Position numbers and translations under genes: made by a program
NCBI RefSeq assembly: GCF_963921235.1
Contig: NC_086107.1
Location: 98,520,001-98,584,000, forward strand
DNA length: 64,000 bases
Reading direction: 5' to 3'
Origin: Mobula hypostoma
Taxonomy: Eukaryota
Notes under the pieces: generated by a model
What the model was told of the DNA's origin: nothing
The model's input: the letters and a program-made list of their open reading frames with translations, nothing else
Databases searched by the model: none
Shown here: piece after piece, positions 1 to 12,200 of the stretch
Layout of the letters: each line of letters opens with the position of its first letter
Numbering within the stretch: the stretch's first letter is position 1

Positions 1-1689
1 GAGAAAATGTGATGTCAATGGTAAATGGATTTATATCGTTACACACTGTATACTGAGGTACAGTGAAACACTGCCTTTGCATGCCATCCATACAGATCAG
101 TTCATTGCATCAGCGTATTGAGGTGGTACAAGAGGAAAACAGTAGCAGGGTGCAGAATAAAGAGTTGCAGAGGAAGTGGGGGCAGACAGTAGGTTGCAAG
201 GCCACAGTGAGGTAGATTGTCAGGTTAAGAGTCCATCTCATCCAACTAGGTGCAAAGGCGATTCACCAGAACAGTGCCAGGACTGGGCGCTGACCAGATA
301 GGTTGGATTTGTTTTCCTTCCTTCAAATGGTGGAGGCTGATAGAGGTATACAAAATCATGACAGGCACAGAGAGCGTAGAAAGCAAGAAACGTTGAAGTT
401 GAAGTATAGGAGGTTTAGAGGGCACCCAAAGAATATTTGGATTTGATCAGCAGGGCTTGGTGAGTATGGGGGCTACGTAACATTTGTTTTGTGGGAGGTG
501 AGATGAAGACTTCATCCTATTGTCTTTATTTTTCAAAGTTGTTGAAATCTGAGTGATACCTTTCCTTCACACTGTTCCCTCTGAACCTCGTTGGAACCAG
601 GAGCCACACAGGTGCAGAAATGGCACCAGGCATGGATGATGACGGACATGAAAGTTGAAGAAGCTTCCTGCGGCCCGCTGTTGCCCACTGTGTACTTTTG
701 GTGATTCATAATTAAACAATTTAGTGATGACCTGCTGTTTCCAGCCCCGTCTTGGCAATAACTGACTGTGTGAGTATTTCTGTGATGGTATTGGGTTCCC
801 AGTCTGCAAAGTCCTAAACTCAAAAGCCCTGTCAGATTTATGGCATCTATGGATACCCTCACCATAGGGAGGTTATACTGTATCCACATACACTTAAAGA
901 ACTAGCTTACATCCCTGTCTCGTCTCTATGCAGAGATCTAGCTGCCAATACTCACTGCTTGTGTGGTTGGACTCCGTCCTTACCAAGAAGGAGATACTTC
1001 AGCTAATAAAGTAGTTTAAACACAGTTTATTTTATTTTTAATGATACATGTTTAAATTTTGACAACCAGCTCTTAACACATATGTAACACTCACAGAGGA
1101 TTAGATTTTTGAATTACATAAGATTTATAAACTACATGGGATTTCCAAACACAGGTACAAAGCTTACTAACGAAGAATATACAGTACCAACAAGTAGCAG
1201 ACAAATGAGTCATCCATCTCAGAAACTGAAGGTTGAGAAATGAATTCTAGTTTTTTTTTCTGTTACCCCATCTGTCATTTTCTTTGGCTTTTCTAACAAC
1301 CCCCAATGTTTCTGATACTTTTGCTATTTTCTAATAGATAACATCATTGCATGTGATATTTTCTGGATACTTTTGCTAGGACAAAGTTACTCACACAGAT
1401 GGTCTTAAAAGCATCTGGTGACAGAGATCCCAAGCACCCACAATTAATGCTGTGAGGGCTGACCCTCAGAGTACACAAACATCCCAACCTGCAACCATGT
1501 TCGATGTGCAAGGTGACATAACCCCCATTGTCTTGCATTTGAAGTCACTTCACATTGCAAACCAGACCCTTCTACAGGACTGGAGTAAAAAGTTAGGAAT
1601 CAAAAGGTTGAGCATGATGTGTCAAGTGGTCTGAGTTGCATATATCTCAATGCAAGAAGTATCGTAGGGAAGGTGGAAATATCCCGGAC

Positions 1690-2520
1690 CCTGGCACCTG
1701 GGTGACAACACACTCTCCGGGAATCTCATTCTTGCCTGTGAATCCCCTATCAACACTTCTGCCCCCTTTCCTTCTCAGAGATCCAACCACCGTGATTTTC
1801 CTCTGTTAGGTCATTCCCCCCCAACAGTATCCAAAATGATATACCTGTTGTCGAGGGGGATGGCCACAGGGGTACTCTGCACTGGCTCTTTAACCCCTTT
1901 CCCCTTCACGACTGTCACCCAGTTTCCTGTGTCCTGCACCTTGTGTGTAACCACCTCTCCCTATGTCCTATCACCCCCTCAGCCTCCCGAATGATCCAGA
2001 GTTCATCCAGTTCCAGCTCCAAATACTTAACGTGGTTTGTGAGAAGCTGCAGCTGGATGCACTTCTCACAGTTGTAGTTGTCGGGGTCACTGGAGGTCTC
2101 CCTGCCTTCCCACATTCTGCAAGAGGAGCATTCCACTATCCTGCCCGGTATCTCTGTTACCCTAGCTGAGCAGAAATAAAGAAGTGAAGGAAACAACAAA
2201 AACTTAATCTAGAGCTTTTTTTTTGCTTTCTCTGACTGAAGCCTCTTTTTGATGAAGCCTGGAAAAGCTAAAGCCTCAAGATCACCACTCTGAGTCTGTC
2301 CACTCAGACGACGGCCGCTTGCCCCTGCCTTCCTTTACTTTGCTCTTGCCGATCAATCCCAACTGCCGAATGATCAGTGATCAAAGCTCTTTTTCTGCTG
2401 TAGCAACCCGCTGCTGCCTTTCGTACTCAGGCAATGGAGCTGATTGAAGTCCCCTCCTCGCAAATCTTCTGATGTCTGGACTGGCCGCTGGTCAAAGCTC
2501 GTTTTCTTGGAGCAGCCCAG
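1690..2520 (-). mobile_element. CR1-type LINE 5' fragment (5' UTR plus ORF1 N-terminal zinc-finger/leucine-zipper remnant)
   Basis: ORF 1915-2199 reads VECSSCRMWE...CEKCIQLQLL...LELELDELWIIREAE, the CxxC...CxxC plus zipper start typical of CR1 ORF1. Decayed; boundaries approximate. Confidence 0.6.
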
Positions 2521-2624
2521 ACAAGTAACTGGATACAATTTCTAAGCCGTGCACATTGCAGTCATTTTGTCCAGTGGTGGTGGAATGAATATTTTTTTAT
2601 GGTTAATGAGTAAACACAATAGAT

Positions 2625-3480
2625 TCTCCAGATGCTAGAAATCCAAAGCAACAAACACAAAGTGCTGGAGGAACTCAGCAGGTCAGGCAGCATCTATGGA
2701 CAGGAATAAACAATCGGTGTTATGATGGTTGATGAGTCACCATTTAAGTGGAAGGCTTTGTCTTAGATGGTGCCAAGCTCCCAATGAGTTGTTGTGGCAC
2801 AGGTGAAGCTGCAGGAGTACACTCTGAGGGGCACACTGACAAATGCAAAGTCCTCCCCCTAAACCCTCCAGCAGCATTCATCTTTTATTTCCCCATCTTC
2901 CTCTCCGCCTGCCTCCATCTATCACTCACCTCACAGTCTCCCAACACCACCACCGCCCACCTCTTCTACCTGCCGTTACCTTCCTTCCATCTTGAAACCT
3001 TTCTCAGCCCACCAATCGTCTCATATTCCTGTCTCTCCACTCCCCTTCTCCTCTCTATACTGGCTACCTTTGCTTTTCCACTCTCAGTCCCAAAGCAGGG
3101 TCTCAACCTGAAATATCGACAGTTCCTTTCCCTCCTACATTTGCTGCTTGATTGGCCGAGTTCTTCCTGCAGATTGTTTGTAATTCTCCTCCTTAAGCTC
3201 ACACTGTCCTTGCGCCTCTATGCTTTCCACAATCCAGGGACCCAAACCATCCTTCCAAGTGACGTAGTAATTCACCTACACTTCTTTCACACTTAGTACA
3301 TTGCCATCCATCCTCATGATCTCCGCTTCAATGGAGGAACTAAGCATAGATTGGCGACTGCTTTACAAAGCTCCAAAGCTTAATTCTCCATCTCACTCCC
3401 ATTCTCACCTCTCTGCCTTCAGCCTATCTTGTTCCCACAATGCTCATAAACAAACTTGAGGATCAGCACCTCACCTGATT
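2625..3480. mobile_element. Penelope-like terminal-repeat fragments in inverted arrangement
   Basis: gatgctagaaatcc...tgctggaggaactcagcaggtcaggcagcatctatgga (-, 2630-2700) faces a decayed + copy (3085-3180). A degenerate GIY-YIG-region sequence follows (3230-3480). Confidence 0.6.
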
Positions 3481-3719
3481 TAATACCTCGGATAACCTCT
3501 TCTGGGCCCAGTGCACGGATGCAGTCATGAAGAAGGAGTGCCAGAGCTTATACTGTGATAAGCGGTCGGTGATGAAACATGTCAACACTTGCCTGATAAG
3601 CTACGGTATTTAGATCTGCTCAATTTGCCAACTGGAGCGACAGCTCCTCTCATTGGCTCTTCACTCAACCCTGGAACACTGAAACAGTGAAGCTGCATTC
3701 ATCAGGATGCTCTTTATTG

Positions 3720-4310
3720 ACTACATCTCCACGTTCACTACCATCCACCCCTCAAAACTAGTCAATAAGCTCCAAGACCTTGGCCTCAATACCCCCTTGT
3801 ACAACTGGATCTTTGATTTCCTCACTTGCAGATCCCAGTGAGTTTGGATTGGCAATGACATCTCCGCAATCTCCATCAGCACAGGTGCACCACGAGGCTG
3901 GTTGAGTGGGGCCACGACAACCTCTCACTCAATGTCAGTAAGACCGAAGAGCAGACTGTTAACTTCAGGAGGAGAAAACCGGAGGACCATGAGCCAGTCC
4001 TCATCCAGGGGATCAGAGGTGGTGAGGATCGGCAACACTTAATTTCCTTGGTGTCATCATATCAGAGGATCTGTCCCAAACCCAGTATATAAGTGCAATT
4101 ATGAAGAAAGCAGAACAGCACTTCTACTTCCTTAGAAGTTCATAAAGATTTGGCATGGCATCTAAAACTTTGACAAGTTTCTGTAGATGTGTGGTGGAGA
4201 GTATACTGACTGTTTGCATCACAGCCTGGTATGGAAACACCAATGCCCTTGAATGGAAAAGCAAGTGGATATGGCTCAGTCCATCACAGGCAAATCTCTC
4301 CCCATCATCA
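3720..4310 (+). mobile_element. Rex1/Babar LINE RT/3' fragment (decayed)
   Basis: Remnants such as LTSFCRCVVESILTVCITAWYG and LYNWIFDFLT; similar to the better-preserved copy at 31640-33282. Confidence 0.65.
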
Positions 4311-4329
4311 TCTTATTTCCTCTCCGGGT

Positions 4330-4975
4330 ACAAAATAGTTTTCCACAGTTAATCAAATCAGAAAGAACGTTAAGAGGCATGATGGTGGCTGTTATTGTTG
4401 AAGTACAAGTCTGTATGAGTTAGTAAGAAGATGATTACGCACGACATTCCTACAGAATGGCTACAAAAGGTGAAAGAAATCAATCGGGCCCCTAAAAGGG
4501 TCGATGAAAAAACCAGGAAACCTAACGAGGAGGAGGAACCTGTCGCTACCATCTGTCTTCCCTGTATTTCCACGGTTTCTGGAAGGGTCACCAGGATCCT
4601 GAAGAAATATTGGATTAATACCAACCACAAATCTGTAAGTCAGCTCAAATCACAGCTTATGTGAGTGAAAGATGACCTGGGACTCATGTCAGCTGGTGTT
4701 TACACGATCCCTGTGAATGTAGAGCAGCATTTATCGGCCAGGTAGGATGTACTGTGGAAACCCTCATCAAGCAGCACAGGAGGTGTATCTGTTTGGGTTA
4801 CCCTGCGAAATCGGCGGTAGCAGAACACTGCATTCGCAATGGCCATAAGATTGATTTCGACGGCACAAAACTATTGTGCTGCGCCAATGGCTTATTGAAA
4901 TAAAACTAGAGGAAAAGTATTTTAACAAAGACGAAGGTCTTGCTCAAAGCAGGAACTGGAATTCAATTGTAAACA
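4330..4975 (+). mobile_element. Penelope-like element (Poseidon-type) RT-thumb/GIY-YIG endonuclease fragment, pseudogenised
   Basis: ICLPCISTVSGRVTRILKKY, then GVYTIP..CRAAFIGQ...SAVAEHCIRNGHKIDF, with stops and frameshifts. Confidence 0.7.
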
Positions 4976-5500
4976 TTGAGTGAGAGGTTGGTGTTCTGAT
5001 AGCGCTCAGCCAAATTTTCAATCTCTCCCCCCCACCCATATGATAATTTATTATCACCTTTGACTCAGCCCACAACAGTGGTGTTATCAGCAGACTTAAA
5101 TATGATGTTGGAGGTGTGGTATGCCATGCAGTCATGGGTGTGAAATGAGTAGAGCGGGGCTACGCACACAGCCCTCTGCTGTTAAGAGATCGTGGAAGAG
5201 ACTTGGTCGCCGATCCGAACTGACTGGTGTCTGTAGGTGAAGAAATTCAGTAGATACTGAGGCCAAAGTCTTGAAGGTTGTTGATTAGTTTTGACAGGAT
5301 GATGGTATTGAATGCTGAGCTGTGATCGATAACGAGCATCCTGATGTATGAGACGTTCCAGGATTGAGTGAAGAGCCAGTGAGATGGCATGGCAGCTGCT
5401 CTGGTAGGCAAACTGGAGCGGATCCAAGTTGCCTCTGAGGCAGGAAATGATATGTCTCATTATTAATCTCTCAAAATACTTCATCACTCCGAATGTCAGT
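4975..5500 (-). mobile_element. Rex1/Babar LINE RT fragment
   Basis: YRPAALTFGVMKYFERLIMRHI...LDPLQFAY in ORF 5182-5682. Confidence 0.7.
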
Positions 5501-5859
5501 GCAGCTGGGCGATAGATGCTGCCTGGCCTGCTGCGTTCACCAGCAATTTTAATGTGTGTTGCCTGATAGTTATATGGAATGGGTGTGGAGGGCTGTGGTC
5601 TAGGGGCAGGACAGTGGGACGAGGAAGAATAACAGGACTGGATGGGCAAGAGAGTCTGTTTTTGACCTGTAGTCCATACCACTCGCCCTTCACCATCGTC
5701 CTAACTGCTGAACTCCACACCATCCTATGCCCAACCAGCACTGTGACATGTTCATCAGCAGGACGGCAGAAAGTCGAGGTTGTCCCACTCCCACCCTGAG
5801 GGACAGTGGTTGCTGAGCAGTAAATGGCGAGCTTAGTAAGATTAACTTCTCATCCTCTC

Positions 5860-6240
5860 CAGCGAGGACAGCTCGGCCCGCCTCCCTGACCCCGAATCCC
5901 GCCCGCAAACCCCGTGGTCCCCGAGCTCCGCACCCAGACACGCCGCTCGGAGCCCTGCCCCACTCCAGACCCCTCGGCCCAAACAACCGCCATCGCTCTT
6001 CTCGGATCCGTGGTCCCAGGCCACGCCCACTGGCCGGAAATTGTTTCCGTCGACGTATGACGGAGGACATACGTAATTCCGCTCAAATGGCGTCGCAGAG
6101 GAGACGGGGTCTTCAGAATGTGAGGAATTCGAGTGGATGGGAAACAGGGCAAGAGGCGTCGGCATGGCAGGGCATGCCAGGGGAGAGGGGAGGATGGAGG
6201 TGGGTGGGGAGAATCTGAGGGACAACGAGAGTAGCTGTTG
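5860..6240 (+). promoter_or_regulatory. CpG-island promoter of TAB1
   Basis: Local high CpG density around exon 1. Motifs: KLF/SP CCACGCCC (6021-6028), ETS-like CCGGAAAT (6034-6041) with inverted TTTCCG (6044-6049), and YY1-like AAATGGCG overlapping the start codon. Confidence 0.75.
6087..6119 (+). CDS. TAB1: TAB1 exon 1 (coding part) [11 protein letters not shown]
   Basis: ATG at 6087, donor GTGAGG at 6120; parallels human MAAQRRSLLQS. Missed by the ORF track. Confidence 0.9.
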
Positions 6241-9200
6241 ACATATCCCCCACCCTTCATCCTCCCCGAAACGTCAGCCCCTCCACCCACTTCCAACTCT
6301 CCCTTTCCTCCCTCACCCGTTACTCTTCTGCCTTTCATCGTCCCGTTCCCCTCTCCCCTCCCTCCCCCTCCCCCTACCCCTCCCCCTCCCCACCTCCCCC
6401 TCCCCCCTCCTCCCCCTCCTCCTCCCCTCCCCCTCCTCCTCCCCTCCCCCTCCTCCTCCTCCTCCCCCTCCTCCTCCTCCTCCCCTCACCCTCCCCCTCC
6501 TCCTCCTCCTCCCCTCCCCCTCCCCCTCCTCCCCCTCCCCCTCCTCCCCCTCCCCTCCTCCCCCTCCCCTCCTCCCCCTCCCCCCTCCCCTCCTCCCCCT
6601 CCCCCTCCCCCCTCCTCCCCCTCCCCCTCCCCCTCCTCCCCTCCCCCCTCCTCCTCCCCTCCCCTTCCTCCTCCCTCCCTTCCTCCCCTCCCCCCTCCCT
6701 CCCTTCCTCCCCTCCCCCCTCCCTCCCTTCCTCCCCTCCCCCCTCCCTCCCTTCCTCCCCCCTCCCTTCCTCCCCTCCCCCTCCCCCTTCCTCCCCTCCC
6801 CCATCCCCCTTCCTCCCCTCCCCCTCCCCCTCCCCTCCTCCCCCTCCCCCCTCCTCCCCCTCCCCCCTCCTCCCCCTCCCCCCTCCTCCCCCTCCTCCTC
6901 CTCCTCCCCCTCCTCCTCCTCCTCCCCCTCCTCCTCCTCCTCCCCCCCCTCCCCTCCTCCCCCTCCCCTCCTCCCCCTCCCCTCCTCCCCCTCCCTCCCT
7001 CCACTCCTCCCCCCCTCCCTCCCCTCCTCCCCCCTCCCCCCCTCCCCCCCTCCTCCCCCTCCCCCCCTCCTCCCCTCCCCCTCCCTCCCCTCCTCCTCCC
7101 CCTCCCTCCCCTCCTCCTCCCCCTCCCTCCCCTCCTCCTCCCCCCTCACTCCCCTCCTCCTCCCCCCTCACTCCCCTCCTCCTCCCCCCTCACTCCCCTC
7201 CTCCTCCCCCCTCCCCCTCCCCTCCTCCCCCCTCTCCCTCCCCTCCTCCCCCCTCTCCCTCCCCTCCTCCCCCCTTCCCCTCTCCTCCTCCCCCCTCCCC
7301 TCCTCCCCCTCCCCTTCCCCTCCTCCCCCTCCCCTTCCCCTCCTCCCCCTCCCCTTCCCCTCCTCCCCCTCCCCTTCCCCTCCTCCCCCTCCCCTTCTCC
7401 CCTCCTCCCCCCTTCTCCCCTCCCCTCCCCTTCCCCTCCCCTCCCCTCCTCCTACCCCCTCCCTCCCTCCCCTCCTCCTCCCCCCTCCCTCCCCTCCTCC
7501 TCCCCCCTCCCTCCCCTCCTCCTCCCCCCTCCCTCCCCTCCTCCTCCCCCCTCCCTCCCCTCCTCCTCCCCCTCCCTCCCCTCCTCCTCCCCCCTCCCTC
7601 CCCTCCTCCTCCCCCCTCCCTCCCCTCCTCCTCCCCCCTCCTCCCCCCTCCCTCCCCCCTCCTCCCCCCTCCCTCCCCTCCTCCTCCCCCTCCTCCCCCC
7701 TCCTCCCCCCTCCTCCCCCCTCCTCCCCCCTCCTCCCCCTCCCTCCCCTCCTCCTCCCCCCTCCCTCCCCTCCTCCTCCCCCCTCCCCCTTCCTCTCCTC
7801 CTCCCCTTCCTCTCCTCCTCCCCCTCCCCCTCCCCCTCCCCCTTCCCCTCCCCTCCCCCTCCCTCCCCCTTCCCCTCCCCTCCCCCTCCCTTCCCCTCCC
7901 CCTCCTCCTCCTCCCCCTCCCCCTCCTCCCCCCTCCCTCCCTCCCCTCCTCCCCCCTCCCTCCCTCCCTCCCCTCCTCCCCCTCTCCCTCCCTCCCCCCT
8001 CCCTCCCCTCCTCCTCCCCTCCCCCCTCCTCCCCCCCTCCTCAACCCCTCCTCCTCTCCTCCCCCTCCCCCTCCTCCCCCTCCCCCTCCTCCCCCTCCCC
8101 CCTCCTCCCCCTCCCCCCTCCTCCCCCCCTCCCCCTCCCCCTCCTCCCCCCTCCCCCTCCCCCTCCTCCCCCCTCCCTCCCCTCCTCCTCCCCCCTCCTC
8201 CCCCCTCCCTCCCCCCTCCCTCCCCTCCTCCTCCCTCCCTCCTCCCCCCTCCCTCCCCTCCCCCTTCCCCTCCCCTCCCCCTTCCCCTCCCCCTCCTCCT
8301 CCTCCCCCCTCCCCCTCCTCCCCCCTCCCTCCCTCCCTCCCTCCCCTCCTCCCCCTCTCCCTCCCTCCTCCCCTCCCCCCTCCTCCCCCCTCCTCAACCC
8401 CTCCTCCTCCCCCCTCCCTCCCCTCCTCCTCCCCCTCCCTCCCCTCCTCCTCCCCCCTCCTCTCCCCTCCTCCTCCCCCCTCCTCTCCCCTCCTCCTCCC
8501 CCCTCCTCTCCCCTCCTCCTCCCCCTCCCCCCTCCCCTCCTCCCCCCTCCCCTTCCCCTCCCCTCCTCCCCCCTCCCCTTCCCCTCCTCCCCCCTCCCCC
8601 TCCCCTCCTCCCCCCTCCCCCTCCCCTCCTCCCCCCTCCCCCTCCCCTCCTCCCCCCTCCCCTCCTCCCCCCTCCCCTTCCCCTCCTCCCCCCTCCCCTT
8701 CCCCTCCTCCCCCCTCCCCTTCCCCTCCTCCCCCCTCCCCTTCCCCTCCTCCTCCCTCCCCTCCCCTCCCCTCCCCTCCCCTCCCTCCTTCCTCCTTCCT
8801 CCTCCCTCCCCTCCCTCTCCCCGTCCCCGTTCCCCCTCTCCCCTTCCTCCTCTTCCTCCTCTTCCTGCTCTTCCTCCTCTTCCTCCCCTCTCCCCTTCCT
8901 CCCCTCTGCCCCCCATCTCCCCTTTCCCCCCCATCTTTCTGTCACTCTCGTCAATTCCTCCCCCCCCCCTTTGGTCGTGCGTGTGTTAGATTGCTGATCA
9001 CATTATGTTCAGACACTGAGGGTTAATTTCCCAAACTGCCCAGGAGCAGCTGAGTTGGACAGATGACCTCACAGTGTGCCACCTCTCGGGGATCGGTTAT
9101 GGCACAAATCGCATTTACCAGGCAGATGGAACCAGTATTGAGGCTCACAGCTTGGAGGATGGTTGGCTGAGGTTTCGGTGAGTTTTAACCCCGGGTCTAG

Positions 9201-12200
9201 TTCTAGCTTGTGAGAGATTTGTTTGGGATCGGATGTTGTGATGTGGATTAAAGATTTTGGCCTTTCAAATATTGAATTGTCGGAAATCATTGCTGACCCA
9301 GTCATGTGCACTCGATTAAAGGTGTGACTTGACCAGAGCCTGTAGTTTGGCTAAGGGAGATCATGGTGAAGTTATGTCAAGTTATGTCAAATGCAAGTTG
9401 CATTTGAATAAAACCGTGTTGGGACGGTGCTAATAAGTCATTACTCTTTGGATGAAAGAGTTCTTCCTTCTTTCCCTTGTTATTTCTGTGAAAATTGGCA
9501 GTGGCAGATGGATTCCAACCCTCAAAAGGGTTTGCAGCATTTCTCAATAATTGGAAAGAACAGTTTGGCATCTGTTCCTTTTGAGCATGGTGAGTGAGTG
9601 AACTGGGGTACTGTTGATGATGAGAACTGGTGGGTATTGGCCGCCAATGAGTCCAGGTTACAATCTTCCTTCCTATTTCTGTTGAAAATAAGAGGTCACC
9701 AGTGGAGACTATAAGCTTATTGGGGAATGCTTTTTTTGCATTTTTCCTCACCTACCTGTACATAGCATTACAACAAATTTTCAAAGTAAAATTTGACTGA
9801 AGCCAAACCAGCTGGACCGGATTGTTCACAAACTAAATGTCGTGTGAGATGAACTTCCAGTGCCGTACCCACAAAAGCAAATTACATTCGTGTTGCAATT
9901 TAACATCAGATAACACTTCCGAAGCGGTTACTGGAGTTAAACAAACATCGTTACCAAGCCACATTGTTTTGTTAAATGGTTAAAGACTTGGTCAGAGTGT
10001 AGGCTTTAAGGAATATCATAAATGAAAGCAAGAAGATGAAAAAATGAGAAAGAAGGGTTTGGAGACCAGAGATAGGGTAACCCAGAGTTGTCAAGTAAAA
10101 ATGTCATGAAATAGAGGATCCTCTGTATAATGCTGATGAGTTCATGTTGAATAAAATACTGGCTTGATCAGGAGGTACAGAAGTCTTATTTTATAAAGAT
10201 CTGGTGTAACCTATAATCCAGAACATCAATGGCAGACAGGATTAAGGTAAATCTGAGGGGAATAATCAAAATTACAGTAGGCCCATTTGGACAAAAGATC
10301 TTTTCATGGACACCGATATAGGTCCGGTCCTAAATAAATATTATTTTTCTCAGTATTTGCAAAAGAAGTAGATTTTGTAGTTGGAGAACTCAGCAAAGAG
10401 AAAGAACAAATAGCAAGTTTCCATAAATAAAGAGGCGGTACTCAGTGCCTCAGTAGGATTAAAGATGGATCAGTCCCCAGCGTGAATGGGATTTATCCCA
10501 GGCTATGATGGAATGCAAGGGAAGGGGTTGCTATGGTGCTGGCTGAGATGAGTAAATCTTAACATGCTACAAGTGAGGTACCAGGTGGCAGGAGGACGGC
10601 AAGTGTCCCATTTTTCAAGCAAGGCAGCAGTGGATACCATAGAGAGAGTGCAGAGGAGAGTTATAAGGATGTTGCCTGGATTGGAGGGCGTACCGTATGA
10701 GAATATGTGGAGTGAACTTGGCCTTTTCTCCTTGGAGCGACGGTGGATGAGAGGTGACCTGACAGAGGTGTACAAGATGATGAGAGGCATTGATCGTATG
10801 GATAGCCAGAGGCTTTTCCCCAGGGCTGAAATGGCTAACACAAGGGGGCATAGTTTTAAGGTGCTTGGAAATAGGTACAGAGGGGATGTCAGGAGTAAGT
10901 TTTTCACACAGAGAGTGGTGAGTATGTGGAATGTACTGCCAGCGGCAGTGGTGGAGACGGATACAATAGGGTCTTTTAAGAGCCTCTTAGATCGGTACAT
11001 GGATCTTAGAAAAATAGAGGGCTATGTGCTAGGGAAACTCCAGGCAGTTTCTAGAGTAGGTTACTTAGTTGGCACAACATTGTGGGTCGAAGGTCCTATA
11101 ATGTGCTGTAGATTTCTGTGTTCTATGTTCTAAAATCTTGTTAACAGATCTAAGGGCTTGACATCAGTTAGGATGTTATTGGAAAAATTTTAGGGGGGTA
11201 GGGTTAATATCATGTGGAAAGACACCAGTATGGCTTTCTCTAGGGCAGGACTTGTCTGACCAACCTGAATGAAATCTTTGAAGAATGATGGGAAACTGTT
11301 CCATCAGGTCAGGGCCCATAGGATCCAGGGCAAGTTGTTAAGCTGACTTGGTAATAGGAGGCGGATGGTGATAGTAGAGGAACATACACAAAATGCTGGA
11401 GGAGCCCAGCAGGCCAGGCAGCATCTATGGAAAAGAGTAAACAGTCAGTGTTTCAGGCCAAGACCCTGCATCAGAACTGGAAATGAAGATGAGAAGTCAC
11501 TGATGAAGAGTCCCAGCCCGAAACTCCAACTGTTTACTCTCTTCCATAGATGCTGCCTGACCTGCTGAGTTCCTTCAATATTTTGTGTGTGTGTGTTGCG
11601 TTGCATTGCTTTGGATTTCCAGCATCATGTTTGTGATAGTGGGGGGTTGTTTTTGCAATTGGATGCTACTGGTGTTCCACAGGGAACAGTGCCAGAACCT
11701 CTACTGTTTTAAATGCAAGTGCGGATGTCGGAGTTGAGATCAGTAAAAGTAAGCAGATGACACGAAGATTGGTGGAGCTGTTTGTAGTGTGGAGGGTAAC
11801 CTTAGGCTACAGGGTGATGTTGATGTGAAAATGAGCTCAGCAGTGGCAAATGGACCGATAAATGTAAGGTGATGCATTGTTAGGAGTATTAACAAGGCCG
11901 GAACATTCGCTTTCAATGGCAGGGTTCCAGGATCTGTTGAGGAGTCGAGGGATCTTGGTGTGCAAGTCCAAATGTTTTGAAGCTGGCAGCTCAGACAGAT
12001 AACGTGATTCAGCAGGTGTACGGGACAGTGAGTACAGTAGCTGGGAGGTTATACTCCTTGTGTATAAAACATTAGTAGGACCCGAGCTGGAACATGGTGT
12101 GCAGTCCTGCTCACCACTCCGTTGGAAAGATGTGAGAGTACTGGAGAGAATGCAGACTGGATTTCCCAGTATATTGCCTGAGATGGTGTTTCTGTTATGA

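Noticed and set aside
5690..6338. Minus-strand ORFs (126-162 aa) over the promoter
   Set aside because: GC-rich CpG-island ORFs with no recognisable domain.
6238..8997. 919-aa proline-rich ORF and overlapping Gly/Arg/Glu-rich minus-strand ORFs
   Set aside because: By-product of a C/T-only tract that cannot contain stop codons; it lies inside TAB1 intron 1.
9041..9049. Tandem CAG-GAG-CAG acceptor at exon 2
   Set aside because: A 1-2 codon alternative acceptor is possible, but there is no evidence from sequence alone; the first CAG fits homology.
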